Part shown: positions 9,151 through 18,345 of the stretch, in pieces | How positions within the stretch are numbered: position 1 is the first letter of the stretch | Layout: each line of letters begins with the position of its first letter | Assembly: GCA_021816725.1 (NCBI GenBank) | Contig: JAKAXD010000001.1 | Span: 313,257 to 377,256 of the forward strand | Direction of reading: 5' to 3' | Length of the DNA: 64,000 bases | Source of the DNA: Thermoplasmata archaeon | GTDB lineage: Archaea; Thermoplasmatota; Thermoplasmata; Thermoplasmatales; GCA-001856825 | The notes under the pieces: model-generated | Databases searched by the model: none | Told to the model about the DNA's origin: nothing | Seen by the model: the letters and a program-made list of their open reading frames with translations, nothing else | Program-made: the position numbers and the translations under genes

Positions 9151-9498
9151 ATGGTAGGTGTTGATGGAAAGAAAACGAGGACGATCAAAGTGGGCAAAGG
9201 GGTAGTTCTAGTTGATGAAGATGTATTAGTGTATGCAATAGGTAAAACACTCATGATGGACTTGGCGGCTGAGAAAGGACCTTGCACGGATGATTACTGT
9301 AAGCTGATAATGAGCTTAAGTCTTGAAGTTCTGACCGACCTGCCTAACAAGAATTTGAAATTGTTTGATATGGGGAAGTGCGTCATAGCAATGACGGAGG
9401 CAGTGTACAGGTCTATCGACAGGGGGAGGGAGCAGGTTAAAATAAGTAAGACCTTCTCAGGAAATCTCTTGGCCAAAGGTTTCTCCCTGACAAAATGA
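9151..9498 (+). CDS. Hypothetical protein (115 aa), no recognisable domain
   Basis: Only ORF of this size in the interval, with balanced composition. I recognise no motif. Confidence 0.45.
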   Translation: MVGVDGKKTRTIKVGKGVVLVDEDVLVYAIGKTLMMDLAAEKGPCTDDYCKLIMSLSLEVLTDLPNKNLKLFDMGKCVIAMTEAVYRSIDRGREQVKISKTFSGNLLAKGFSLTK

Positions 9499-9579
9499 GC
9501 AAACTTTTGTCAAAGTGGAAGTTCTATTTGTCCCCCATTAGGAAGAGAAAGTAGATAATCTAGTTCATCTTCGTGATTT

Positions 9580-9726
9580 ATGGCGCTCGGAAAGAGGGAC
9601 CTAGACCGAAAGAAAAAGAACTTGGAGAACAAGCTCAAAGAATTAGAGGAAAAAGCTAGGAAAAACCCATTAAACAAAGCACTGCAAGAAGAGGTCGCAG
9701 AATTTAGAAAGAAATTAAAAGAATAA
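9580..9726 (+). CDS. Possible small Lys/Glu-rich coiled-coil protein (48 aa)
   Basis: My translation gives MALGKRDLDRKKKNLENKLKELEEKARKNPLNKALQEEVAEFRKKLKE*. It has heptad-like charge periodicity. It is below the track cutoff and has no homology support. Confidence 0.25.
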   Translation: MALGKRDLDRKKKNLENKLKELEEKARKNPLNKALQEEVAEFRKKLKE

Positions 9727-9762
9727 AAAAAGAATTTAGGGCTTATTCACCTGATGATGGCT

Positions 9763-10380
9763 CTAGATATAGTCATCTGAAGATTCTGTTGCATCTTTTT
9801 CTCTTATTATCTTCTTGAGTAGGGGGTGCGGGTCCACTGGCGGTGTATAATCTACTTCTTTTGGCGTCAAAGCCTTTGAATCATTATGTATCGGATGCTT
9901 TGCAGAAAGTACGCTTTTCTTTTCAGTATCCCTTACCAACAGCTCTGACATCGCTCCTCCCACGAATCCAAATGCAACAAGCACCGCCCAATTAGATGGG
10001 AAAAATGCAAGGTAATATGGGAAGCTCGAAAACATTTGCCCGATTGCGGAAACGAACCATGCTCCATATGGGGATACAGTTCCAAGATGATAGACTATTG
10101 TTGAAGACAGGAAGTAGGTTACGGAAGTTGGAACTTGGACTATGTAAGTGAATATGAAGGAAACTACTCCGATCATACCTGCGACTATGGCCGTTATCAA
10201 AAGACCCTTGTATTTTGAGCCAGAAGTTCTGCCTGATACGTATCCTGAAACCATTGGGCCGAATATCGGCAACCACCATAGCAGTAGCGTGGCAACTAGT
10301 GCAATGACAAGAGAGGACCTCCAGGAATATTTCCCCTTTTCCTTATATCTATGCCACCCTTTCAGCAGTATGTGTGACAT
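9763..10380 (-). CDS. Hypothetical integral membrane protein (about 4 TM) with hydrophilic C-terminal tail
   Basis: 205 aa with hydrophobic segments such as LVIALVATLLLWWLPIFGPMV and LLITAIVAGMIGVVSFIFTYIV. No family recognised. Confidence 0.6.
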   Translation of the reverse strand: MSHILLKGWHRYKEKGKYSWRSSLVIALVATLLLWWLPIFGPMVSGYVSGRTSGSKYKGLLITAIVAGMIGVVSFIFTYIVQVPTSVTYFLSSTIVYHLGTVSPYGAWFVSAIGQMFSSFPYYLAFFPSNWAVLVAFGFVGGAMSELLVRDTEKKSVLSAKHPIHNDSKALTPKEVDYTPPVDPHPLLKKIIREKDATESSDDYI

Positions 10381-10513
10381 TAGTCAGACAATATATAATA
10401 AGGATAAAAGCTTTTCCTACTATTCGGCATTATCTTCTTGGTCGGACGATTGTTATTTTGAATGCAATATTATCCAATACAGGGCGCGTTATAAGCACTC
10501 TTATGAAATCCCT

Positions 10514-11527
10514 CTACTTTTCTAATTCTAATTCATGGTAAATAGAAATTAGATCGTCAATCTCCTTTTCTCTGGAGAATTGAATTGCTCTTTTACGCAG
10601 CGTTTCCGGGTCCTTCCTGTACTTCAAAGCGATTGCGATAGATTCGTCGAAATTCTCCGGCTTGGAAAAAAATCCAAAATCGCCTACAGTCTCCCTGAAT
10701 ATTGGAAGTTCATTAAGGAGAACATTTGTACCGCAAGCCATGGCCTCTAACGGTGGTAGACCAAATCCCTCTGCTTCTGAAATGTAAACAAATAGGTCTG
10801 AATTGGAAAGGTACTTCCTGAGGGTTTCGTCATCTACCTCACCGAGAGGGAAGATGTTTCCTGCTTTCTTTGCAAAATCAATTAATCTGTTCGCTCGATC
10901 CTTCCATGAGTTGATCGGACCTATGTGGTATAGTTCATATTCCTTGTTCCTGGACACAACGTCGTAAAGTATGTCGAACCTCTTTCTAGGATTGTAATCT
11001 CCAATCGTAACCAGATGAACCTTCCCGTTGTCTGGAAATAAGTTAACCTCGTCTCGATAGAGCTTAGAACTGTCTACTCCCCGGTATACAACCCTCACTC
11101 TGGCATCATCGAGGCCAAGAGCGTTTAATAATTCTTGCTTTACTACTTTAGTTGATACTAGTAGTATCTTCGAATTGAGTGCCCTCCCGAACATCATATT
11201 GTAGGCGGACCTGTCATACCCCGTTTTGATGAACTCTTCGCGCTTAAGAAAAGGTATGATATCATGGACAGTGACCACATCAACCTTGTTGGGGCTAACT
11301 TCTGGAGCCAGAGCGTGAATTGGGTGAACTAGTCTCCTGTGAAGCATGGTTCCAAATCTTTGGGAAGCAATTCCTCCAACTGGTTCACCAAATGGGGAAA
11401 ATTCCACTTTCCTTATGCCTATAGGCTTAAAGGGATAGTTGATTTTCGCTAGCCCCTGTAGGACCGTATCGACATATGTCTTAATACCGCTATGAACCTT
11501 TATAATTGGGTATACTACAGTGATCAC
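10514..11527 (-). CDS. Glycosyltransferase, GT4 / group 1 family
   Basis: 337 aa. C-terminal retaining-GT motif YISEAEGFGLPPLEAMACGTNVLLNE (E-x7-E). Confidence 0.85.
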   Translation of the reverse strand: MITVVYPIIKVHSGIKTYVDTVLQGLAKINYPFKPIGIRKVEFSPFGEPVGGIASQRFGTMLHRRLVHPIHALAPEVSPNKVDVVTVHDIIPFLKREEFIKTGYDRSAYNMMFGRALNSKILLVSTKVVKQELLNALGLDDARVRVVYRGVDSSKLYRDEVNLFPDNGKVHLVTIGDYNPRKRFDILYDVVSRNKEYELYHIGPINSWKDRANRLIDFAKKAGNIFPLGEVDDETLRKYLSNSDLFVYISEAEGFGLPPLEAMACGTNVLLNELPIFRETVGDFGFFSKPENFDESIAIALKYRKDPETLRKRAIQFSREKEIDDLISIYHELELEK

Positions 11528-12001
11528 TTCGTGTCTATTATTACATCTTATTAATTCTTAGCTTCCAGAGCTGAAGTGGCAGGGAAACAGAGAATTCTTT
11601 CCTCTTTTGTCTTTGATACTTGCAACCAGTTAGCAGATCGTCAGTGAGTATAATCTCCATTCGCGCTTAAATGGTATATAGTTACATCGGAACCCCTTAT
11701 TTTTGGAGATGGAGCTGACATTTGGTTGGACTGCAAATCTCGTTAATTTACTCAAAAGAAAAAGGAATAGCATAAGCCCAGGAATGCAAGGCTCTGTCAC
11801 GCCTATTCACCATACTTCAATTTAACTTTCTTGAGGGCAATAGCAATTGAATATGTGTAAAAAAGAGGTCTGTTGTTTTTCAACTTTATAAGTAGATTCG
11901 ATTTCATAAAGTAGCTTTCTACGCAAGGCATGTCGTACAAGAGACTGCTGTAAACTCTCTAGGCTAGGAATAGTATTTGTATAAAGAGATATAGGAAGTT
12001 A

Positions 12002-12253
12002 ATGGATGTTTTTTCGGCCCTGAATGTTTACGGTTCCATCGCGCTCGTAATAATGATGGTATTTTACATGTTCGAGAATCGGTCGCCAATTTACACTTTG
12101 CTTTTTGGCCTGATGTGCATTACAACTTCTGTATATGGGTTCCTAGCGGGCACTTGGCCGTTTGGAGTTATTGAGCTTGCCTGGTTCGTAGTAGCGGTTA
12201 GAAAATACCTGAGGATTAGGAATGGAGATAGAGTCGCAGTTAATGCCGGATAA
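12002..12253 (+). CDS. Small 3-TM membrane protein (83 aa), function unknown
   Basis: Three hydrophobic helices (VYGSIALVIMMVFYMF, IYTLLFGLMCITTSVYGFLAG, FGVIELAWFVVAVRKYL). Sits 8 nt upstream of the GT2 gene. Confidence 0.55.
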   Translation: MDVFSALNVYGSIALVIMMVFYMFENRSPIYTLLFGLMCITTSVYGFLAGTWPFGVIELAWFVVAVRKYLRIRNGDRVAVNAG

Positions 12254-12261
12254 ACCAGCAA

Positions 12262-13155
12262 GTGGAAAATCCATGTGAGAAATCGAATAGATCAAAGACA
12301 TTGATGTTGTTGCGGACCTTTAAAAGGTTTTATAAGAGCTTTCGTTTACAACCCGTGCAATCTGATTCTTTGGGGCGAATTTCTGTCATAATTGCCTCAC
12401 TCAACGACCCTAGAATCTCAAAGACACTTGAATCTCTCTCTTTTCAGACAGTAAAACCCTATGAGATAATCGTTGCCGACGGTGGCACAACCTGGAACAT
12501 AGAGGATGTATGCAGGAAATACGGTGCCAGACTTGAGCATCTTCCAGGAAACATAATCGAATCCAGAAACCAAGCATTATCCCTGGTAAGCGGTGATTTG
12601 ATAGCCTTCATCGACACTGATGAAACAGCAATTCCAGAATGGCTAGAAAGACTTTCAATGCCCATACTAGAAGGTAGAGCTGATTTCACGGGCGGTCCGA
12701 TGAAACACTTTGAGCCGAAGTATGGCCCGGAGAGATACGTGAACATGATAGAAGATTATATCTATGAATACCAGGTTCCCGCAAACATTGCGTTCCTGCC
12801 CCTCGGGAATACCATGTGGAAGAAGACAGTATTTGAGAAACTCGGAGGATTTGACGAATCCATCCCGTATGGAGAAGACTACGATATCAACATCAGAGCG
12901 ATCAACGGAGGATTTAGGGGGACTTACATACCAGATGCAGTGATTTACCACGACCATTCAGAATTTGACTCATACTATAAACTGCTGAGGAAGCGATACG
13001 CATACTTAAGGGCGGCTGCAAAGGTATTCATCAAGAATAGGTCATTAAGGATGAGAATGAACTCAAAGACAGGGGGGAAGGTCAATCACCCTTTCCACAT
13101 CATAGAAACTTTATTGAAGCCGGTTGCCCTGATTGACGCGTTTATCAGAAGTTGA
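12262..13155 (+). CDS. Glycosyltransferase family 2
   Basis: 297 aa. ISVIIASLND...YEIIVADGGT and the DxD motif in IAFIDTDET. Alternative ATG start about 14 codons downstream. Confidence 0.85.
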   Translation: MENPCEKSNRSKTLMLLRTFKRFYKSFRLQPVQSDSLGRISVIIASLNDPRISKTLESLSFQTVKPYEIIVADGGTTWNIEDVCRKYGARLEHLPGNIIESRNQALSLVSGDLIAFIDTDETAIPEWLERLSMPILEGRADFTGGPMKHFEPKYGPERYVNMIEDYIYEYQVPANIAFLPLGNTMWKKTVFEKLGGFDESIPYGEDYDINIRAINGGFRGTYIPDAVIYHDHSEFDSYYKLLRKRYAYLRAAAKVFIKNRSLRMRMNSKTGGKVNHPFHIIETLLKPVALIDAFIRS

Positions 13156-13188
13156 TATGTATTTATACGATACGTTAATGCGCTTGGG

Positions 13189-14601
13189 ATGAAGGTTGTT
13201 GTTATTGGGCTAGACGGAGCCTGCTGGGATCCGATATTACCCTATATCAACAAAGGCGAGCTCCCCGGCTATGCGCAATTCTGGAAAAATGGGCTTCACG
13301 GCTCTCTCCTTTCCACAATTCCTTATCTTACACAACCTGCATGGAAGTCATATTCATTGGGTAAAAATCCTGGAAAGACGGGCGTATATCATTGGACAAG
13401 GATTGACTGGAAGGAATTCAAGTTTAGGAGCCTGAACTCACTCAGTTTTCACGGGGATGACTATTGGGATATACTATCAGAGAAGGGTCACAGGGTTTCC
13501 ATAATTGATATGCCTTCGACGTTTCCTCCGGACAAGGTGAACGGTGTAATGATATCAGGTATGAACCATGGTGATGGACCGTGGACTTACCCCGAAGATT
13601 TTGAAAAGCAGATTCCATCTTCATTTGTTAAGGACGGGATACATCTCTTCAGAAGGAACCAGGACCCAGAAGTGACAATGGATGGAATTGAGTCAGAGAT
13701 AAAGTCGAGATTCGAAATGGCTATGCAGCTATGGGATGCAGACCTCATCCATCTTTCGGTTGAGATGAATGATCATGTTGCTCATTTCATGTGGAATAAT
13801 GACCACATAATGTATCGAAATTTTAGGGCCAACGATGAGGGAATTCAGAAGATACTCAAAGAAAACAAGGAGGGGTATACTATTCTAATGAGCGACCATG
13901 GAAACGGGCCGATTGAAGATGAATTCTATACAAACGAATTTTTGGCCAAGGAGGGTTTTCTATCTCTGAAGGAGAGTGATTCCAAGGGCGTTTCAAGAGA
14001 ATCTATTGTGAATTTTGGTACGAAATTGAGACTGGACAGGGTAGTGAACAAGCTGCCTAACAGTATTCAGAACAGGATAGTGAAGAGGATCAGGTTGATA
14101 GATAGTGTGATGGAATCAGACCCAGAGAAGAGGATAAACTGGAAGGAATCGAGAGTAATAGCACTAGACGAGGGATTGCTCTATATCAATCCTATGTATC
14201 AGGAGGAAAAAGAACAGATCATAGATGAACTTACAAAGAAACTTTCATCTTTAAAATCAAAGTCTGGGAAGAGCGTTATCAAGAATATTCTCAGGGGAAA
14301 TGAAGTCTACTGGGGTCCCTACGTATCCGATGGCCCAGACCTAGTTGCCATTTCAAACGAGATATACCACCAAAGACTCCCGCTATCCGGCTACTTGTGG
14401 GCTTCAGACATTCCGGAGGAAAGTTGGGGGTATCGATTCCCTCAAGTAGGGCACCACAGGATTAAGGGCATATTAGGAATGGTCGGGCCTGGAATTGGCC
14501 CAAGGGAAGTCAATGCAAGCATCTATGATCTTGCGCCAACAATTCTCAAACTATTCGGGTGCGAGATCCCTGACGACATGGACGGCAAACCTATCATCTA
14601 G
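13189..14601 (+). CDS. Alkaline-phosphatase-superfamily protein (type I phosphodiesterase/nucleotide pyrophosphatase-like)
   Basis: 470 aa. MKVVVIGLDGACWD metal-ligand strand, TQPAWKS nucleophile region, LMSDHGNGP. Paralog of 29858..31246. Confidence 0.8.
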   Translation: MKVVVIGLDGACWDPILPYINKGELPGYAQFWKNGLHGSLLSTIPYLTQPAWKSYSLGKNPGKTGVYHWTRIDWKEFKFRSLNSLSFHGDDYWDILSEKGHRVSIIDMPSTFPPDKVNGVMISGMNHGDGPWTYPEDFEKQIPSSFVKDGIHLFRRNQDPEVTMDGIESEIKSRFEMAMQLWDADLIHLSVEMNDHVAHFMWNNDHIMYRNFRANDEGIQKILKENKEGYTILMSDHGNGPIEDEFYTNEFLAKEGFLSLKESDSKGVSRESIVNFGTKLRLDRVVNKLPNSIQNRIVKRIRLIDSVMESDPEKRINWKESRVIALDEGLLYINPMYQEEKEQIIDELTKKLSSLKSKSGKSVIKNILRGNEVYWGPYVSDGPDLVAISNEIYHQRLPLSGYLWASDIPEESWGYRFPQVGHHRIKGILGMVGPGIGPREVNASIYDLAPTILKLFGCEIPDDMDGKPII

Positions 14602-14708
14602 AAAAGGAGTTAAATAGTACGGACAAGAGGAATGTTTTTATCATCTCCATCGGGTCTTCCATAAGGACATTTGGAACAGGTGGAGTCTGGAGCTTCACGC
14701 CGCTATTC

Positions 14709-15794
14709 ATGAAGAACGAACTCCAGATATCGCTGTTACTGATCGGATTGATTTTTGCTATTAACGCAATCTTTGGGGGGTTCGTCCAGATATATGCGGG
14801 CCACCTTGGTGACAAATATGGTTTCAAGAGAATTATACTTATTTTCGCATTTACGTATATCCTTACGCTGCTCCTTCTCTTCTCAAGCGCCTTGTTCTTC
14901 CCAATCCCAATGGTATTTGTCTTATTGTTCATCATCAATCAGGCGGTGGGAAGCCTTATAATGCCTTCGCTGAGTGCATTGTTATCCATTAGCAGCGACG
15001 TGCCGCTCGCGGGCTTCTCCTACATGAGGGTCGCCTCGAACCTTGGCTGGGCATTTGGCCCTGCATTGGCGGGTGTGATAGCCGGTACCCTTGGCTATCC
15101 GTACATATACTTCGTTGCAGCACTCACTGCAATAGGCACATTCCCGTTGTACTTCTTCCTAAGGGAGATGAAGGTCGAAGGGAAGGAAGTTGAGAGATTT
15201 TCGTTTCACAAGGTAAACAAGGAACTGTACCTATTCGGAATAGGAGTGGTTTTCCTGTTCGTCGTTGTTTCCCAGTTTTCTGTTACCCTATCAATCTACG
15301 CAAACAATTTTGTAGGTCTCAGCACAAGTGCTATAGGCCTTATTTATTTTGTAAACGGTATTTCCGTTGCAGCATTCCAGCTGCCGATATACCGGCTAGT
15401 CAGGAGAATCGGCTTATGGAACGGCATGATCATTGGTTCCGTGCTTTATATCATTGGCTATTTCTCAATGGCCTTAGACCACAGTCTCTGGCAGTTCATG
15501 GTATCCATGCTCATTGTGACGATGGGGGAAAACTCTGTTACCCCCACGGGAAGCGCAATGGTTTCGAAGATAGCAAATGGAAAGTCCCTTGGAGCCCACA
15601 TGGGCGTTTACAACTTTTTCATGTCCCTAGGGAGAGGCATGGGACCAAGCTACGGTTCTTTCCTACTTTCATACCTCGTCAGTCCGTTTGATATCTGGGG
15701 GCTGGCAGTAGTCCCTGCAATGGTCGGGATAATCATATTTGTGACAAGGCGATCTGAAGAGAATAAAAGGAATCCTTCTATGCCGTTTGCCTAA
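14709..15794 (+). CDS. MFS transporter; the true N-terminus (TM1) lies upstream without a canonical in-frame start (see finding)
   Basis: 361 aa from the first ATG. Motif A GHLGDKYGFKRIIL sits where the TM2-TM3 loop should be. The frame stays open upstream to 14574 and encodes a TM1-like FIISIGSSIRTFGTGGVWSF. Confidence 0.8.
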   Translation: MKNELQISLLLIGLIFAINAIFGGFVQIYAGHLGDKYGFKRIILIFAFTYILTLLLLFSSALFFPIPMVFVLLFIINQAVGSLIMPSLSALLSISSDVPLAGFSYMRVASNLGWAFGPALAGVIAGTLGYPYIYFVAALTAIGTFPLYFFLREMKVEGKEVERFSFHKVNKELYLFGIGVVFLFVVVSQFSVTLSIYANNFVGLSTSAIGLIYFVNGISVAAFQLPIYRLVRRIGLWNGMIIGSVLYIIGYFSMALDHSLWQFMVSMLIVTMGENSVTPTGSAMVSKIANGKSLGAHMGVYNFFMSLGRGMGPSYGSFLLSYLVSPFDIWGLAVVPAMVGIIIFVTRRSEENKRNPSMPFA

Positions 15795-15971
15795 AATTTT
15801 GCGTCTAAAGTCAATCTTTCATTAAGTTTAGCATAAATGCTGATATCAACCATATAATCCCGATCAGATCAAAAAGTATCTGATTGGAATAAATGCCGTA
15901 CCCGAATATACCCAAGGGTAAGATATAAAATAGAAGAAATAGAATAAACGATCTCGGGTTCATTCAGCTAT

Positions 15972-16277
15972 CTACCCGAACAAAGCACCGAGTCCAGCGA
16001 CTGCTTCTTCTTCGCTCTTTTCGTCCTTCTTTTCCTCTTTCTTCTCTTCCTTCTTTTCTTCCTTCTTCTGAGGCTCTGCCTGCGCTACCGGCTGGGCGGC
16101 CACCATGGATGATTTTATTGCCTCTTCTATGTTGACTCCCTCCAGGGAAGCAACAAGACTCTTCACTCTAGCAGGGTCTGGTGTGACTCCTGCTGCCTTG
16201 AGTATCTGCGTAATACCATCTTCGGTGATCGGTTTTCCGACAGAGTTCAGTATCAGTGCGCTGTATATGTATTCCAT
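15972..16277 (-). CDS. rpl12: 50S ribosomal stalk protein P1 (L12e)
   Basis: [31 protein letters not shown]... with a KE-rich hinge and the conserved C-terminus [13 protein letters not shown]. The ATG at 16277 is preferred over the upstream GTG at 16286. Confidence 0.95.
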   Translation of the reverse strand: MEYIYSALILNSVGKPITEDGITQILKAAGVTPDPARVKSLVASLEGVNIEEAIKSSMVAAQPVAQAEPQKKEEKKEEKKEEKKDEKSEEEAVAGLGALFG

Positions 16278-16330
16278 ACTTTTCACCCCTAATTACTCCA
16301 AGATAATAAACTAAGCGTCTTAAACATTTT

Positions 16331-17185
16331 CTATGCACCCCTTGGAACCTTGCCTTCCAGAGACTTTGCAATAGAGTTGCCTTTTGCAAGTAGCATTTTG
16401 ATATTCTCCTTTGTAGGATATGAAGCAGCCAAGCTGACCGCAATTGCATTTTTGTAGGCATTGGAAATGAAAATCGGTGCTGTTTCCCTGTTGTAGTAGT
16501 TGATGTGCAACGACAGGCCTATGGCCATGGAATGGCCGGAAACAAGTCTGTTTACGAAGTCCTGCGTTGATGTCCCAAGTACGCTCTTGTCGAAGACTAT
16601 GCCTTCTTCATATGCAGCCCTGAAATCCAGGCCTATCTCAAGGGGCATGATTTCTAGTTTTGCCATTGCAATGGCTTTCTCCCTTGAAATTTTCTCTCCC
16701 TTCTTAACAAGAACTGTCTCCTTCCTGATGACTACCTTCCCCTGGTCTATAGACGCGGGTATCCCTGCCTTCTGCAGCTCCCCGACGACTGGTCCAGGTT
16801 TGAGACTGGTTGGTTTAGCTTCCAAGACAATGTCCTCTGGTGCAGTCTCTCCGCCCTTCGCAGGAGCCTTAGTCCTGCTGCTCTCAATCTCCCTGAAAAG
16901 TTTGAATGGATTCTCCTTTGAGAATATTGCAGCAACAGGTCCGTCCATGTAGTTTTCCATTCCCCTTATTGCTTCAATGTTCATCTCTTCAAATGCCCTC
17001 TTGAGGAATGTTTTCTTTACAACCTTTATCTTCGCTTTTCCCCTCAGTGCTCTTCGTATTTCCTGGAACTGCCTACCTGGTACTCTCTCGATACCAACAA
17101 GTGCTATTGACTTTGAGTTTCGAATTTCCTCTGAAAGTGACTTTATCGCATGGTCCTTGTATTCAGAGAACCTGTTTTCCTTCAT
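16331..17185 (-). CDS. rplP0: 50S ribosomal stalk protein P0 (L10), short form lacking the acidic C-terminal tail
   Basis: 284 aa. SIALVGIERVPGRQFQEIRRALRGKAKIKVVKKT is typical P0. It ends ...LAKGNSIAKSLEGKVPRGA*. Confidence 0.92.
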   Translation of the reverse strand: MKENRFSEYKDHAIKSLSEEIRNSKSIALVGIERVPGRQFQEIRRALRGKAKIKVVKKTFLKRAFEEMNIEAIRGMENYMDGPVAAIFSKENPFKLFREIESSRTKAPAKGGETAPEDIVLEAKPTSLKPGPVVGELQKAGIPASIDQGKVVIRKETVLVKKGEKISREKAIAMAKLEIMPLEIGLDFRAAYEEGIVFDKSVLGTSTQDFVNRLVSGHSMAIGLSLHINYYNRETAPIFISNAYKNAIAVSLAASYPTKENIKMLLAKGNSIAKSLEGKVPRGA

Positions 17186-17830
17186 TTACTTCACCTCAAC
17201 CTTTACTGCAGGACCCATCGTCGTCTTCACATATACTGTCCTGATGTTGTCCCCACCCTTCTCTAGCTTTGACTCTATCCTCTTTATTACTTCCAGCCCG
17301 TTCTCGACTATTTTGTCAACTTCCATGTCTTTAGTGCCTATAGGTACATGAACTACTGGTCTCTCTTTGCTCCTCGCTTTCACTGTTCTCCTCAGATTGT
17401 TTATTATGGGAACTGGATCTACAGTAGCTGGAATCGGTCTAGGCATCTTTCCTCTTGGACCCATTATACCACCCAGTATCTTACCAACCCTGGGCATCAG
17501 TGCTATTTCAGCAAGGAAAAAATCAGTCTCGTTGACCATTTTCTTGGTCGCTCTCTTGTTATCGCTCATCTTGTCGAGTTCTTCGGCGGAAATGAATTTA
17601 TCAACTGAACCCTTTGCCTTAGATGCCATTTCATTCCCAGAAATCAGTCCGATCTTTACCTTCCTCCCTCTTCCATTGGGGAGTACAATCTCCTCGTTGA
17701 TTCTGTTCTTTGGATTTGACAAATCAACATCCTTGAGGTTTATCGCAATATCTATTGTCTCCCCAAAATTCCTCTTGGGAGACTTATTTATTGCCTCCTC
17801 TAGACTCTTCTTTAAAGTTTCACTTTCCAT
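17186..17830 (-). CDS. rpl1: 50S ribosomal protein L1
   Basis: 214 aa, in the conserved position between L11 and P0. Family-typical PRGKMPRPIP and PVVHVPIGT. Its stop abuts the P0 start. Confidence 0.95.
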   Translation of the reverse strand: MESETLKKSLEEAINKSPKRNFGETIDIAINLKDVDLSNPKNRINEEIVLPNGRGRKVKIGLISGNEMASKAKGSVDKFISAEELDKMSDNKRATKKMVNETDFFLAEIALMPRVGKILGGIMGPRGKMPRPIPATVDPVPIINNLRRTVKARSKERPVVHVPIGTKDMEVDKIVENGLEVIKRIESKLEKGGDNIRTVYVKTTMGPAVKVEVK

Positions 17831-17874
17831 TAGTATACACCAGAGTAGTCTCGCGAGCGAAGGGCTCTTCTACT

Positions 17875-18342
17875 CTAGATGGCGATTGACCCGTCTTTAA
17901 TAAGTTTTTGTATCTCCCTAGGATCCTTGCCATCAACTGTAATACCCATCGATACGCATGTTCCTAGCACTTCCATCACCGCTGATTTTATGGAACTCGC
18001 AGTCATGTTGTCTATCTTCATTTCTGCAACCTTCTTTATCTGGCTTACCTTGAGGTCCCCCGATATTTTTGTCTTGGAGGCACCGGTAGCAGTCTCAATT
18101 CCAAGCTCCTTCTTCAGGAGTGCTGAGACTGGGGGTTTTCCAACAGATATTTCAAATTTCTTTGTCTCCGGATCTACTATCACCTTTACGGGTACCTGCA
18201 TACCAGAGAACAGTTTCGTCTTGTCGTTTATTTCCTTCAGCACGAGGCCAATGTTCACACCCATTGGTCCAAGTGCTGGTCCTAGTGGCGGTCCAGCAGT
18301 TGCCTTTCCACCTTCAACCATTACAGATATTTCTTGCGGCAT
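17875..18342 (-). CDS. rpl11: 50S ribosomal protein L11
   Basis: 155 aa. VEGGKATAGPPLGPALGPMGVNI signature. Confidence 0.95.
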   Translation of the reverse strand: MPQEISVMVEGGKATAGPPLGPALGPMGVNIGLVLKEINDKTKLFSGMQVPVKVIVDPETKKFEISVGKPPVSALLKKELGIETATGASKTKISGDLKVSQIKKVAEMKIDNMTASSIKSAVMEVLGTCVSMGITVDGKDPREIQKLIKDGSIAI

Positions 18343-18345
18343 TCT

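Noticed and set aside
9752-9779. C-box-like tgatga followed by ctga, considered as a possible C/D box sRNA
   Set aside because: Only about 18 nt separate the boxes and there are no C'/D' boxes or terminal stem. The segment overlaps the 3' end of a protein gene, so it is most likely chance.
16003-16070. Purine-rich short tandem repetition (gaagaaaag-type) considered as a repeat element
   Set aside because: It encodes the [13 protein letters not shown] hinge of ribosomal protein P1, which is normal low-complexity coding sequence.
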